The notes beneath the pieces were generated by a model. The model worked only from the letters and a program-made list of their open reading frames with translations, did not search any database and was not told where the DNA came from. Positions 28,256 through 37,367 of a stretch of 64,000 nt of DNA are shown in pieces. Made by a program: the position numbers and the translations under genes. Within the stretch, counting starts at the first letter, position 1, and the number at the start of each line of letters is the position of its first letter. Source of the stretch: Bdellovibrionota bacterium (lineage in GTDB: Bacteria > Bdellovibrionota_C > UBA2361 > CALJRW01); contig JBGSMD010000063.1 in NCBI GenBank assembly GCA_041740355.1, forward strand, positions 128,001 to 192,000. Direction: 5' to 3'.

Positions 28256-29838
28256 ATAGTTTTCTCTTTCTTCAATCAACCCGAATTAAGGACTGGCAAG
28301 AATTAATTGCTAGTGGAGTTCCTACTTACCAAAATTCTAATACTGCTATTTATTCTGAGCAACTACAAAAAACGCAAAATGGTTTTGTGGTTATTAATTC
28401 ACCTATTAATAAAGTTTTAAGCACAAATGATTTAAGCTCCTTTGCTATTCATGACCCATCCTTTCTAATTGGACTAGAAGCTGCAATTCTAAGTTACGAT
28501 TCTGTAACTCAAAAAACATTGATTGCCCGTGATTTTCCAGGTACTGAAACGATCTATTACTACCACACTAGTGAAGATTTAATAATTTCTGATAATTTCA
28601 AAGCTTTCCAAGATCTAAAACTAACAAAAGATTTATCAAAACTAAAAACCCTGGAATATCTCACTGCTGAATTTTCCAATTCCAACTTAACTCTTTGGGA
28701 AAAGATTTTAAAAGTTCTTCCTGGTGAAATTATTGAATTTGAGAATTTCCAAATCAAATCAAAAACTAAGTTACACCCAAAAGATCTTTTAAATTTAGCT
28801 CCCAGTAAGGCTGATTTAAACCAAACACTACAGCACTCTCTCCAGAAATATCATCCTCAAATTAACGCCGAACTTAGTGGTGGACTAGATTCCATGACAC
28901 TAGCCGACTTAACTTGGAAATTACTCGGCTCAGAGTCACTCAAAAGTTACTCGATCCTATTTCCTGAAATGATTTGTGATGAAACTTTGCAAATTAATAA
29001 CTTCTTACAACTTCGACCTCATCATAATCAAAAATTAAATTTTTCAATAATTGAGGCTAAGGAACTTCAAGCCTTAGCTTCAAAGATTGCTTACTTTCCT
29101 GATTATCCAAACAGCCTCTCCTCTGTCAGCTATCTTAAGAACTTGGCCAACAAAAACCAGGAAATATTAATTGATGGTTTTGGAGGTGATCAATTATTTA
29201 ATCTCTGGAAAACAAAAAAAGAATTTACTAGTTTTGACTATTTAAAATCAAAGTTATTAAATGATTTAAAGCTGCGAAAAATATTTAGAAAAAGAGTTTT
29301 CCCGTGGATTAATATTAATGCTGAGTGTCAGCTTCTGACTCATTTAAATTCTCATTCAGAAATTTATCCTAAAAATCTTAAGACTCATCAACTAGCAATG
29401 TTACAGCAGTTATTTTCTTCTGATTTTTCTGAGTATTTAGAATCTGCCTGTTTAGTTGCCAAAGCGCATGGTGCTTACCGTAGCCATCCCTATCTTCGCA
29501 AAGAAATAATCTCATTAGCTTTAAATCTTAACCTTAATGATTTAGCCAAGAAGCGTTTCTTGGGTAATAATCTTCAACAATCATTAGGTGCGAACTGGAA
29601 AGGGGCTAAAAAAGCTGACTTTTCAGAAACATTTATAGCTTACGCCCAACTACCAGATTACCTTCAAATGATCCTAAATGCTAAAAATCGCTTTAAAGAA
29701 CTAATTGACCTGCAATCATTTAAAGATTTAGCGCATCTTAAAAATCGTTCTAGCAAACAAGTACTTGTAAACTGGAACCTGATTGGGTTAGAAATGATTA
29801 TAGCTTCAAGCCACACTAATAACCTGAATTCGACATAG
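28252..29838 (+). CDS. Asparagine-synthetase-like enzyme (lasso cyclase C-type)
   Basis: ARD..G...IYY, ELSGGLDS, DGFGGDQLF, HPYL; no N-terminal glutaminase Cys; overlaps the PqqD stop codon. Confidence 0.78.
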   Translation: MNSFLFLQSTRIKDWQELIASGVPTYQNSNTAIYSEQLQKTQNGFVVINSPINKVLSTNDLSSFAIHDPSFLIGLEAAILSYDSVTQKTLIARDFPGTETIYYYHTSEDLIISDNFKAFQDLKLTKDLSKLKTLEYLTAEFSNSNLTLWEKILKVLPGEIIEFENFQIKSKTKLHPKDLLNLAPSKADLNQTLQHSLQKYHPQINAELSGGLDSMTLADLTWKLLGSESLKSYSILFPEMICDETLQINNFLQLRPHHNQKLNFSIIEAKELQALASKIAYFPDYPNSLSSVSYLKNLANKNQEILIDGFGGDQLFNLWKTKKEFTSFDYLKSKLLNDLKLRKIFRKRVFPWININAECQLLTHLNSHSEIYPKNLKTHQLAMLQQLFSSDFSEYLESACLVAKAHGAYRSHPYLRKEIISLALNLNLNDLAKKRFLGNNLQQSLGANWKGAKKADFSETFIAYAQLPDYLQMILNAKNRFKELIDLQSFKDLAHLKNRSSKQVLVNWNLIGLEMIIASSHTNNLNST

Positions 29839-29916
29839 GAATTCAAACACTTTGCTTATCTCGTAACGAATCTTAGGTCGAACTCAGGTTAATAAAATTT
29901 AATATTTACTTTAACT

Positions 29917-30231
29917 ATGTTTATAACTAACACTGAGTTTATCCCCGGAAAGCAAATTGTAACAATGTTTGGACTTGTTTCTGGAAGCACGGTGAGATCA
30001 AAGCACGTTGGCAAAGATATTTTTGCGGGTTTAAAAAATATTGTTGGTGGTGAACTAAAAGCTTATACTGAGCTACTAAGTGAATCTCGAGAAGAAGCGA
30101 CAGCCAGGATGATCGCTGAGGCAAAGGATCTAGGTGCAAATGCTGTAGTTAATGTTCGTTATTCAACTTCCTCAGTTGCAGCTGGAGCTGCCGAACTTTA
30201 TGTTTATGGCACTGCCGTTTTTGTAGAATAA
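29917..30231 (+). CDS. ybjQ: YbjQ/UPF0145 family protein
   Basis: GKDIFAGLKNIVGGELKAYTELL, LGANAVVNVRY, VYGTAV. Confidence 0.9.
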   Translation: MFITNTEFIPGKQIVTMFGLVSGSTVRSKHVGKDIFAGLKNIVGGELKAYTELLSESREEATARMIAEAKDLGANAVVNVRYSTSSVAAGAAELYVYGTAVFVE

Positions 30232-30233
30232 AA

Positions 30234-30677
30234 ATGGAATTTATCATCCTAGCAGTTCTATTTTTTTCAGGTCTAATCTTTGGCACTCTTAATGAGCGTA
30301 AACATTATCGTTCAATTCACAAACGGGAAGCTGAATTAATTCAGAAACCAATTATTACTTTTGGGAAAAACTATAATCCTGAGTATCAAGATTATCATGG
30401 CGAGTTAGTCTCAGCGAATGTGGTAATTTCAATTGATTACTTTAAGAAATTTGTAGCTAATATTTCTAATCTAATAGGTGGAAGACTTGTTAGTTATGAA
30501 ACGCTCTTAGATCGTGCTCGCCGGGAAGCAATCCTACGCCTCAAAGAATCATGTCCCGAAGCAGATTTAATTATTAATACACGTCTGGAAACTTCTTCTA
30601 TTACCCAAGCTGGCAAGAACTCAGTTTCCTGTGTTGAAGTTTTAGCCTTTGGAACAGCTTTATATCGTGTTAATTAA
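30234..30677 (+). CDS. Membrane-anchored YbjQ-family protein
   Basis: N-terminal TM, ERKHY, DYFK, GGRLVSYETLLDRARREA, VEVLAFGTA. Confidence 0.8.
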   Translation: MEFIILAVLFFSGLIFGTLNERKHYRSIHKREAELIQKPIITFGKNYNPEYQDYHGELVSANVVISIDYFKKFVANISNLIGGRLVSYETLLDRARREAILRLKESCPEADLIINTRLETSSITQAGKNSVSCVEVLAFGTALYRVN

Positions 30678-30679
30678 TT

Positions 30680-31471
30680 GTGGGAATTACATATCAAGGG
30701 AAAATACCCACGCAAAATCATAATGTCAGTCAACAATCCTTAATTACCAAATCATTTCAAATAATTTTCAGCCTCTTTGCTTTTATTATTTTTTTCTCGC
30801 TGGCAATTTATTTTAGTCTTGGAATTTTTATTAGCTATGCTCCAATTAATTTTGGAAGAACTCTAGGTGAAACATTACTAAAAACTTTTGAAGCAGATAC
30901 CCTAAAAACTAAGTATCCCCAACAAGAACAAATCGAAGCAATCTTTAATAAACTAAAAGAAGCTTCTCCAGAATTAGAGAGTCTAGATTTAAGAATTATT
31001 AATAATCCAGATTTCAAAAATGCCTTTGCACTACCAGGTGGAATTATAATCATTGGAACAGGGCTCATAAAAGAACTTAGAAGTGAGCAAGAGATTGCCA
31101 TGATTCTTGGACATGAGATTGGTCATCAAGTAAATCGGGATGCCCTAAGAAGGCTATCTAAGGGAGTAATTTTCATGCTCTTTTACTCTAGCTTAGCCAT
31201 TAGTGGTGGGGAGGTTCCGGTTGCCTCTAGTCTTAATAATCTGCTGGATTTAAGTTTCTCCAGAAAACAGGAATTAAATGCCGATGAATATGGTTTAGGA
31301 CTGTTGCAACAAGCCTACAAATCACCTTCCGGTGCAGTCGAAGCTTTTGAATCAATCTTAAAAATTGAGCAGGACTCTAAAGTAAATAATTATTTAGATC
31401 TAAGCTTTCTTAAAACTCACCCAGATACTAACTACCGCATCAAAAAACTCAAAGAAATGGTTAAAGAATGA
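30680..31471 (+). CDS. M48-family Zn metallopeptidase
   Basis: NAFALPGG, GHEIGH, FSRKQE..AD, LKTHP. Confidence 0.9.
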   Translation: MGITYQGKIPTQNHNVSQQSLITKSFQIIFSLFAFIIFFSLAIYFSLGIFISYAPINFGRTLGETLLKTFEADTLKTKYPQQEQIEAIFNKLKEASPELESLDLRIINNPDFKNAFALPGGIIIIGTGLIKELRSEQEIAMILGHEIGHQVNRDALRRLSKGVIFMLFYSSLAISGGEVPVASSLNNLLDLSFSRKQELNADEYGLGLLQQAYKSPSGAVEAFESILKIEQDSKVNNYLDLSFLKTHPDTNYRIKKLKEMVKE

Positions 31472-33012
31472 TCTCAAAGATTAAACTAAGTCCTTACTGG
31501 ATCTACTTAGTGTTATTTATATCTTCCTTTGCACTAAATACTAGCCTAGTACTTTATTTAAATCCCCAACCAGCTATTTATGATGAGTTTGCTTATTTAA
31601 TTGGAGCTGACTTATTTAGCCAAGGAAAAATTTGCGCCGAACAACATCCTTATTGGAAGCACTTTGAAGCTTTCATGATAATTAGCCAACCAGTCTATTG
31701 TTCTAAGTATTTACCTCTACAAAGTCTAATCTTAGCTCTTGGCCAAGTTCTATTTCAGAAACCAATTCTAGGCGTCTGTTTAATCTACGCCCTAACAGTC
31801 AGTCTGTCATTTTGGACTTTTCAAGCATTCCTAAGTAGAAAATGGGCACTAGTAGGAAGCCTCTTACTCCTAATTAATCCAACTTTAATTCATAATGTTT
31901 CTCTAACTTTTATGGGTAGTGCTGGCGCTTTATTAGGTAGCTTCTTAATCTTTGGAAGCTTCGGACGATTATTAGATAAACTTTCACTGCCCCCTTCAAT
32001 TACATTTTGCATTGGATCAATCTTATTAGTTCTAAGTCGGCCTTATGAAGGCTTTGTGGCAATTTTGCTGACGACAATATTTCTAGCTTATCATTCATAT
32101 TCAGATAAACGACTGGTTAAATTCTTGCAAACATTTCTTGCACCACTTTTACTTACTAGTATTTTTGGAGCAGTAATTATCTTACTCTACAACTATTTAA
32201 CTACAGGAGAAGCATTTCGCTCCGCTTACCTAATCTATGAATCTACTTATGGTTTTATGAGACCTTTTATTTTCTCTCCTCCACCACCAGTTCTGGAATT
32301 TAACCATCCAATAATGGAAAAATTACACTTGGGACGAAATAATTACTTTAGAGTTTACTTAGACAGCTGGAAAGATTTATACATGTTTCAGGCAGATAAG
32401 TTTAAAATAGTCTTCATTCATTCTGTGCCCACTATTAGCCTAGGCTTATTATTTTTTACTTATTCATCGCTTAAAAATTTTAAGTTTAGATTATTAATTT
32501 TCCTCACAACTCTTTTTTATATTTTGGCACTGATGCCAGTGTTAGCAAGCCATGCTGAATACTCTAACCCAATTGTTGCCGCTAATCTGATAATCCTGAC
32601 ACTACTTTTAAAAACAGCTTATCAAAGATTTCAACATAGTAAGAAAATTTGGCTGCTGTTTTTTGCTTTAATACTGGCAGAAGCTGAAGGAATTTATCAA
32701 GCTTATCAAATTAGCGCTGGACGCTCACATTCAGTAACTAATTCATGGCAAAAAATTTCCGAAAGAACAATGATACTAGGTGGTAAGCATTTAGTCTTGG
32801 TTAGTTATTCAGATATGATGCAAGCTAGTGAAGACCTTGTTTATAATTTTGCCCCAATTGATCAGCAAACAATTATTTATGCTAGATCTATCAGTCCAGA
32901 GGAAGACCAGTCTTTGTTAAATTACTATTCCAAGCGTCATCTTTGGAAATATGAATGTAACGGGTTTAATTGTCATTTGAGTCAAATACCTTCCAATAAA
33001 CCTGCTAAATAG
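31468..33012 (+). CDS. Polytopic membrane protein, GT-C-like glycosyltransferase candidate
   Basis: About 11 TM helices; YDEFAY acidic motif after TM1, SKY.P, SRPYEG; soluble C-terminal domain. Confidence 0.55.
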   Translation: MISKIKLSPYWIYLVLFISSFALNTSLVLYLNPQPAIYDEFAYLIGADLFSQGKICAEQHPYWKHFEAFMIISQPVYCSKYLPLQSLILALGQVLFQKPILGVCLIYALTVSLSFWTFQAFLSRKWALVGSLLLLINPTLIHNVSLTFMGSAGALLGSFLIFGSFGRLLDKLSLPPSITFCIGSILLVLSRPYEGFVAILLTTIFLAYHSYSDKRLVKFLQTFLAPLLLTSIFGAVIILLYNYLTTGEAFRSAYLIYESTYGFMRPFIFSPPPPVLEFNHPIMEKLHLGRNNYFRVYLDSWKDLYMFQADKFKIVFIHSVPTISLGLLFFTYSSLKNFKFRLLIFLTTLFYILALMPVLASHAEYSNPIVAANLIILTLLLKTAYQRFQHSKKIWLLFFALILAEAEGIYQAYQISAGRSHSVTNSWQKISERTMILGGKHLVLVSYSDMMQASEDLVYNFAPIDQQTIIYARSISPEEDQSLLNYYSKRHLWKYECNGFNCHLSQIPSNKPAK

Positions 33013-33145
33013 CACTAACACTTCTTTTTTATCTTCAGTAATGCATTTTTAAACCATTACAGGTGCGAAAATCAGCTAATCTCTAAGTTTTTTAAAGAAT
33101 TTGCTATAAAATCCTAGCGTAGCTGTCGATAGCCGATCCAGACGT

Positions 33146-34999
33146 ATGATCAAATTCTTTCTCTCCTTTCTGCTATTCTCGACCTCGCTCTTTGCTCAAT
33201 CTACTAATCCTGAGAATTTTGACATTGGTTCACCTGACACCCAATCTATTTGGATCGATATCAACAATGGTAATGACAGTAATAGTGGAAATTCAGAAAC
33301 CTTAGCCTTAAGAACTATTACCGCTGCCTGGAATAGAATCCCAACTAACGCCGCTTTATCTCAAGGTTATCATTTAAAAATTAAAGCTGGGAACTATCCC
33401 GAAGATACTCTGCCAAATTATTGGGAGAATCGAATAGGGACATTAAATAGTCCAATAATTCTAGAAGCTATTGATGGAGTTGGAACTGTAATATTTGGAG
33501 GGGATATCAATGCCTTTAATATCCATTATTTCTATTTAATAGGCATCAGTATTTACGCTAATGGAGACTCTTTCCACTGTGAGCAATGTAATACAACACT
33601 TCTTAGAAAAGTCACCTTTGATGGCGGTAATCGAGAGGCACATGAAACTATTAAGATTAACCAATCACAAAATTTCTATTTAGAAAATTCTATAATTCGC
33701 GGAGCTGATGATAATGCAATCGATTTAGTAGCTGTCCAAAATGGACACATTATTAACAACGCAATTTCTAATGCTAATGACTGGTGCATCTACGTTAAAG
33801 GTGGCTCGGCTTATTTCACAGTTGCAGGCAATGAAATCTTTGACTGTGGAACGGGTGGCTTTACTGCTGGGCAAGGCACGGGCTTAGAATTTATGGAAAG
33901 CCCCTGGTTACACTACGAAGCTTATGACATTAAAGTCTTTAATAATATTATTCACCACACGGAAGGTGCGGGACTAGGCGTTAATGGGGGTTACAACATA
34001 CTAATGTCTTACAACACCCTCTATCATGTTGGAATTAGATCCCATTTAATAGAATTTGTTTTTGGAGAACGCTCCTGTGATGGCAATAACACTGCCTGCA
34101 ATAATCGAGTAGCTCTTGGCGCTTGGGGACCAAATAGTAATTTAATTGCCCCACAACCAATCCCTAATAAAAATATCTTCTTTTACAACAATATAATTCA
34201 AAATCCTCCCGGAGTTGAAAGTCAGTGGCAACATTTAGCAATTTATGGACCAAGAACTGCACTTCTTGGAACAAATTTAATCAACCCTGTAGAAAGTGAT
34301 CAAAATCTAGTTATCAAGAATAATATTATTTGGAATGGGACTGGAGACCTCCCTCTGGGCATTGGCGGAAGTGATGCTTGTCAGAATTCCAACCCTACTT
34401 GTAACGAATCTCAATTAACTAATGATAATTTTATCAATTCTTTAGAACCTGAATTTATTAATCCTACCACTTTGGATTTCCGACCAGTTGCAGAAAGTTC
34501 CCTGTTCTCAATTCCACCAATTGCTTTACCAAGTTTTGCTGGGACAGATCGAATTGCCTCTCCCCTTGCCCCACTTGGTAACCTTAATAATCAAATTGCA
34601 TTAGACAAAGGATTTAATACTAGGACAACACTTGGAACAATTGGAGCTTATGCCTTTAGTGACTCTGCACTTGATCCAGATTTACCACCAGACGCTGAAA
34701 ATCCAGCAGTTTTATCAGTATCAGATCTTCGAATCTCTAAAAGACGAGTTCTTAGAAATGAAACAGTCCGAATATCCTGCCGAGTATCAGGGGGAAATGT
34801 AAACCGGGTCTGGCTAACACTTAATAATACCAATTCCAAAGAGTTAAGACTTCGAAACAATCGCTATAGACTCAAGTTGCGCCTTAAACGTAAAGGTCGT
34901 TATAATTTACAAATAAATGCTACAGATTCTGATAATCTAACTGAATTAAATGCTGGGATATTAACAGTCATAAAAGTAATTTTAAAGGGGAATTTATAA
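33146..34999 (+). CDS. Secreted right-handed beta-helix protein (pectin-lyase-like fold) with a basic C-terminal domain
   Basis: Signal peptide, GNDSNSG motif, repeated I.NN.I strands, DNAIDLVAVQ, DWCIYVKGGS, Pro-rich linker, Arg/Lys-rich end. Confidence 0.7.
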   Translation: MIKFFLSFLLFSTSLFAQSTNPENFDIGSPDTQSIWIDINNGNDSNSGNSETLALRTITAAWNRIPTNAALSQGYHLKIKAGNYPEDTLPNYWENRIGTLNSPIILEAIDGVGTVIFGGDINAFNIHYFYLIGISIYANGDSFHCEQCNTTLLRKVTFDGGNREAHETIKINQSQNFYLENSIIRGADDNAIDLVAVQNGHIINNAISNANDWCIYVKGGSAYFTVAGNEIFDCGTGGFTAGQGTGLEFMESPWLHYEAYDIKVFNNIIHHTEGAGLGVNGGYNILMSYNTLYHVGIRSHLIEFVFGERSCDGNNTACNNRVALGAWGPNSNLIAPQPIPNKNIFFYNNIIQNPPGVESQWQHLAIYGPRTALLGTNLINPVESDQNLVIKNNIIWNGTGDLPLGIGGSDACQNSNPTCNESQLTNDNFINSLEPEFINPTTLDFRPVAESSLFSIPPIALPSFAGTDRIASPLAPLGNLNNQIALDKGFNTRTTLGTIGAYAFSDSALDPDLPPDAENPAVLSVSDLRISKRRVLRNETVRISCRVSGGNVNRVWLTLNNTNSKELRLRNNRYRLKLRLKRKGRYNLQINATDSDNLTELNAGILTVIKVILKGNL

Positions 35000-35058
35000 G
35001 TTATTAATTTAGTAAAATAACGAATGGTAATATTTATAAATATGGATATAATAATCTG

Positions 35059-35259
35059 ATGCGCTTTAAAGATTTTAATTCACCTAATCAACATGGAGCT
35101 TCACTATTAGAGTATTCTATTCTTATTGCACTTATTGCACTTGTTGCATTTGGGGCTGTGACCTATTTTGGGGATCAGAATAAAGACTCCCTGGAAAACT
35201 CAGCTGAGTGCATTAGAGCAGCAACTAATGGCGAACCAATTACTCCTGAATGCCAATAA
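35059..35259 (+). CDS. flp: Flp-family (Tad-type) pilin
   Basis: QHG|ASLLEYSILIALIALVAFGAV..FG: Flp G|xxxxEY motif plus hydrophobic helix. Confidence 0.8.
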   Translation: MRFKDFNSPNQHGASLLEYSILIALIALVAFGAVTYFGDQNKDSLENSAECIRAATNGEPITPECQ

Positions 35260-35294
35260 TAATTTGAGATTTGAACCACTTCTAATTTTTATAT

Positions 35295-36167
35295 TTGCAT
35301 GTGTTTAAATACTCTCTTGCCAATCTAACGCTAAGTTCTGATTTGGAGATTAACTATCTACCTGCCACCACTAAGCCTAAAATTGATTTAGAAATAAAAT
35401 TTCAAAAATTCAATAGGCCCGAGAACCTTACCCCCTATCATTCTTGGTTAAACGATGATTTATCAAAACGTTTAAACTTTTACCAAGACAAGAACGTCTA
35501 CTATCTTGAGTATCCTGATTTAATTTCATTTTGCATTTCCGACAATCAAATCCTCTGTGAAAAAGTAATTACCGAAGACTATCATTACCTCCATCTTTTA
35601 ACAGACCAGGTAATTCCTCTTTACATAAGCCTCACAACCCTAGTGCTTCACGCCTCAGCCTTCTCCTACCAAGATTATCAAATAATTTTACTAGGAAAGT
35701 CAGGCTCAGGAAAATCAACTTTAGTCAGTAAGTTATACCCACTTGGTAAATTTATTTCCGATGATTTTCTACCAATAAAATTTAACGAAGATATTCCTCA
35801 ATTAATTCCAACTTATCCTGGGATTAGGCTGATTGGAGAGAGGGAGCAGAAAAAAGTGACTTCCGTTAAAGAAAAAGATTTTGCTCATTTGCAAGAAACA
35901 AAAAATATTGTGATTGTTTACCTAGACCGAGATTATACAATAAAGCCACAAGATTATAATCTCTCCACTACCAAACCAAATGAAGTGTACCAACAATTAC
36001 TTACTGAACTTGTCCAACTAGCTTCAAATGATAAATTGAAGTTACTAGATACCTTTACTCAACTAAATCAATTTATTAGGAAATATCAACTTATGAAACT
36101 ATCGTACTCTGACTTAACTAGAGTAAATCTCGAAGCTTTGGTAATAAAGTTAATTTATAAAGATTAG
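35295..36167 (+). CDS. HprK-related kinase (lasso peptide kinase type)
   Basis: LHASA, GKSGSGKST Walker A, FISDD, P.YPGIRL. Confidence 0.8.
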   Translation: MHVFKYSLANLTLSSDLEINYLPATTKPKIDLEIKFQKFNRPENLTPYHSWLNDDLSKRLNFYQDKNVYYLEYPDLISFCISDNQILCEKVITEDYHYLHLLTDQVIPLYISLTTLVLHASAFSYQDYQIILLGKSGSGKSTLVSKLYPLGKFISDDFLPIKFNEDIPQLIPTYPGIRLIGEREQKKVTSVKEKDFAHLQETKNIVIVYLDRDYTIKPQDYNLSTTKPNEVYQQLLTELVQLASNDKLKLLDTFTQLNQFIRKYQLMKLSYSDLTRVNLEALVIKLIYKD

Positions 36168-36176
36168 AATTACAGA

Positions 36177-37286
36177 TTACTGAACTTTCCTTCTATAAAA
36201 AGGTTTTTCACAAACTAGATAGAATAAATAACAACCAACTAAAGTTATAGATAAGCTAATCAGATTAAACATAATAGTATTTTCTGATATCACTTGACGC
36301 ACAAAAATTTCAACTAACAATAATAACTTGGCATGAATAAGGTATATTGAATACGAAAATAGTCCTAATAAATTAAAGGTTGTGACAATTATATTTCGCT
36401 TAGAAAGTAAATTAATATATCTTAACTCAAAACTTTCGACTAACCATATTAAGATAGCAAAAAACCCGGCAAACAATACTGGAGAAACTTGATCAATATT
36501 AAACAATAAGTAGATAAGAATACTTGTGATAATACAAAATAGTATTTGAAAAAAATTTTTGTAGATTTCATAAGTACTTGGTTTTATTTTGTTATAAAAC
36601 AATGTATTTATAAGAATACCTATTGCAAAGAAATGCCAATAATACACAAATAAGCCAGACAAATGATATTCTTGTAAGAAAGCAACTGCAATAATTGATA
36701 TTGCAGTGACTACTGCTAGGAATAAATAAATTCTAGTTTTTAAGCATAAACCAATAAACATTATTAAATAAAACTGCATCTCGATAGCAAGCGACCAATA
36801 AACACTATTAATCGGATTAAATTTATCTGATAGCCATTGTCGATCTAATGGAGAGTCAAATATTTTGACAAGTGAAATTGTTTTAACCCATTCAAAGAAG
36901 GAAAATTGTAGATATTCATAGGACTGGGCCTCAATAGTAAATGGAGAGATATACTTACCTGTCTTAAAACTACTAATAAATTCAATTATGAATGGTATGA
37001 TTGCAACAAAAACTATAGAAAACCAAAAAGTGACATAAATACGTTTTGATCTTCTAAAAATAAACATATATGGCTTTTCATTTGATGCAATTGACTGCCT
37101 AAGTGATGACATCACACAATAACCAGAGATTATAAAAAACATTTGAACTCCAAGGCTACCATTAGAAAAAAGATTCTCTAGAAATGGAAAGAAGTTCTTA
37201 AAGCTACTGTTCCAAGATAGGTGAAAAGTAAAAACCCATAGAGCAGCAAGTCCACGAAAAGCATCGAGAATATTAAATTTCATCAA
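36177..37286 (-). CDS. Acyltransferase-3 family O-acyltransferase
   Basis: LDAFRGLAALWV..FH, FFIISGY, RRSKRIY, YWSLAIEMQFY, SYSIYLIH. Confidence 0.9.
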   Translation of the reverse strand: MMKFNILDAFRGLAALWVFTFHLSWNSSFKNFFPFLENLFSNGSLGVQMFFIISGYCVMSSLRQSIASNEKPYMFIFRRSKRIYVTFWFSIVFVAIIPFIIEFISSFKTGKYISPFTIEAQSYEYLQFSFFEWVKTISLVKIFDSPLDRQWLSDKFNPINSVYWSLAIEMQFYLIMFIGLCLKTRIYLFLAVVTAISIIAVAFLQEYHLSGLFVYYWHFFAIGILINTLFYNKIKPSTYEIYKNFFQILFCIITSILIYLLFNIDQVSPVLFAGFFAILIWLVESFELRYINLLSKRNIIVTTFNLLGLFSYSIYLIHAKLLLLVEIFVRQVISENTIMFNLISLSITLVGCYLFYLVCEKPFYRRKVQ

Positions 37287-37367
37287 GCGTTGTCTCTTCT
37301 CAAATCAAGAAATCTTATTTACTGTATTCAAAAAATTATTTAATGGCATATACAAATACTTAATTTC

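Noticed and set aside
28252-29838. Housekeeping asparagine synthetase AsnB or EPS amidotransferase
   Set aside because: Lacks the N-terminal MCGI glutaminase Cys and is coupled to PqqD next to a B2 protease, favouring a lasso-cyclase-like role
35295-36167. True HPr kinase/phosphorylase of the PTS
   Set aside because: Lacks the canonical HprK N-terminal domain and the GKSE/LE.RG.G signatures; context fits the HprK-related peptide kinases
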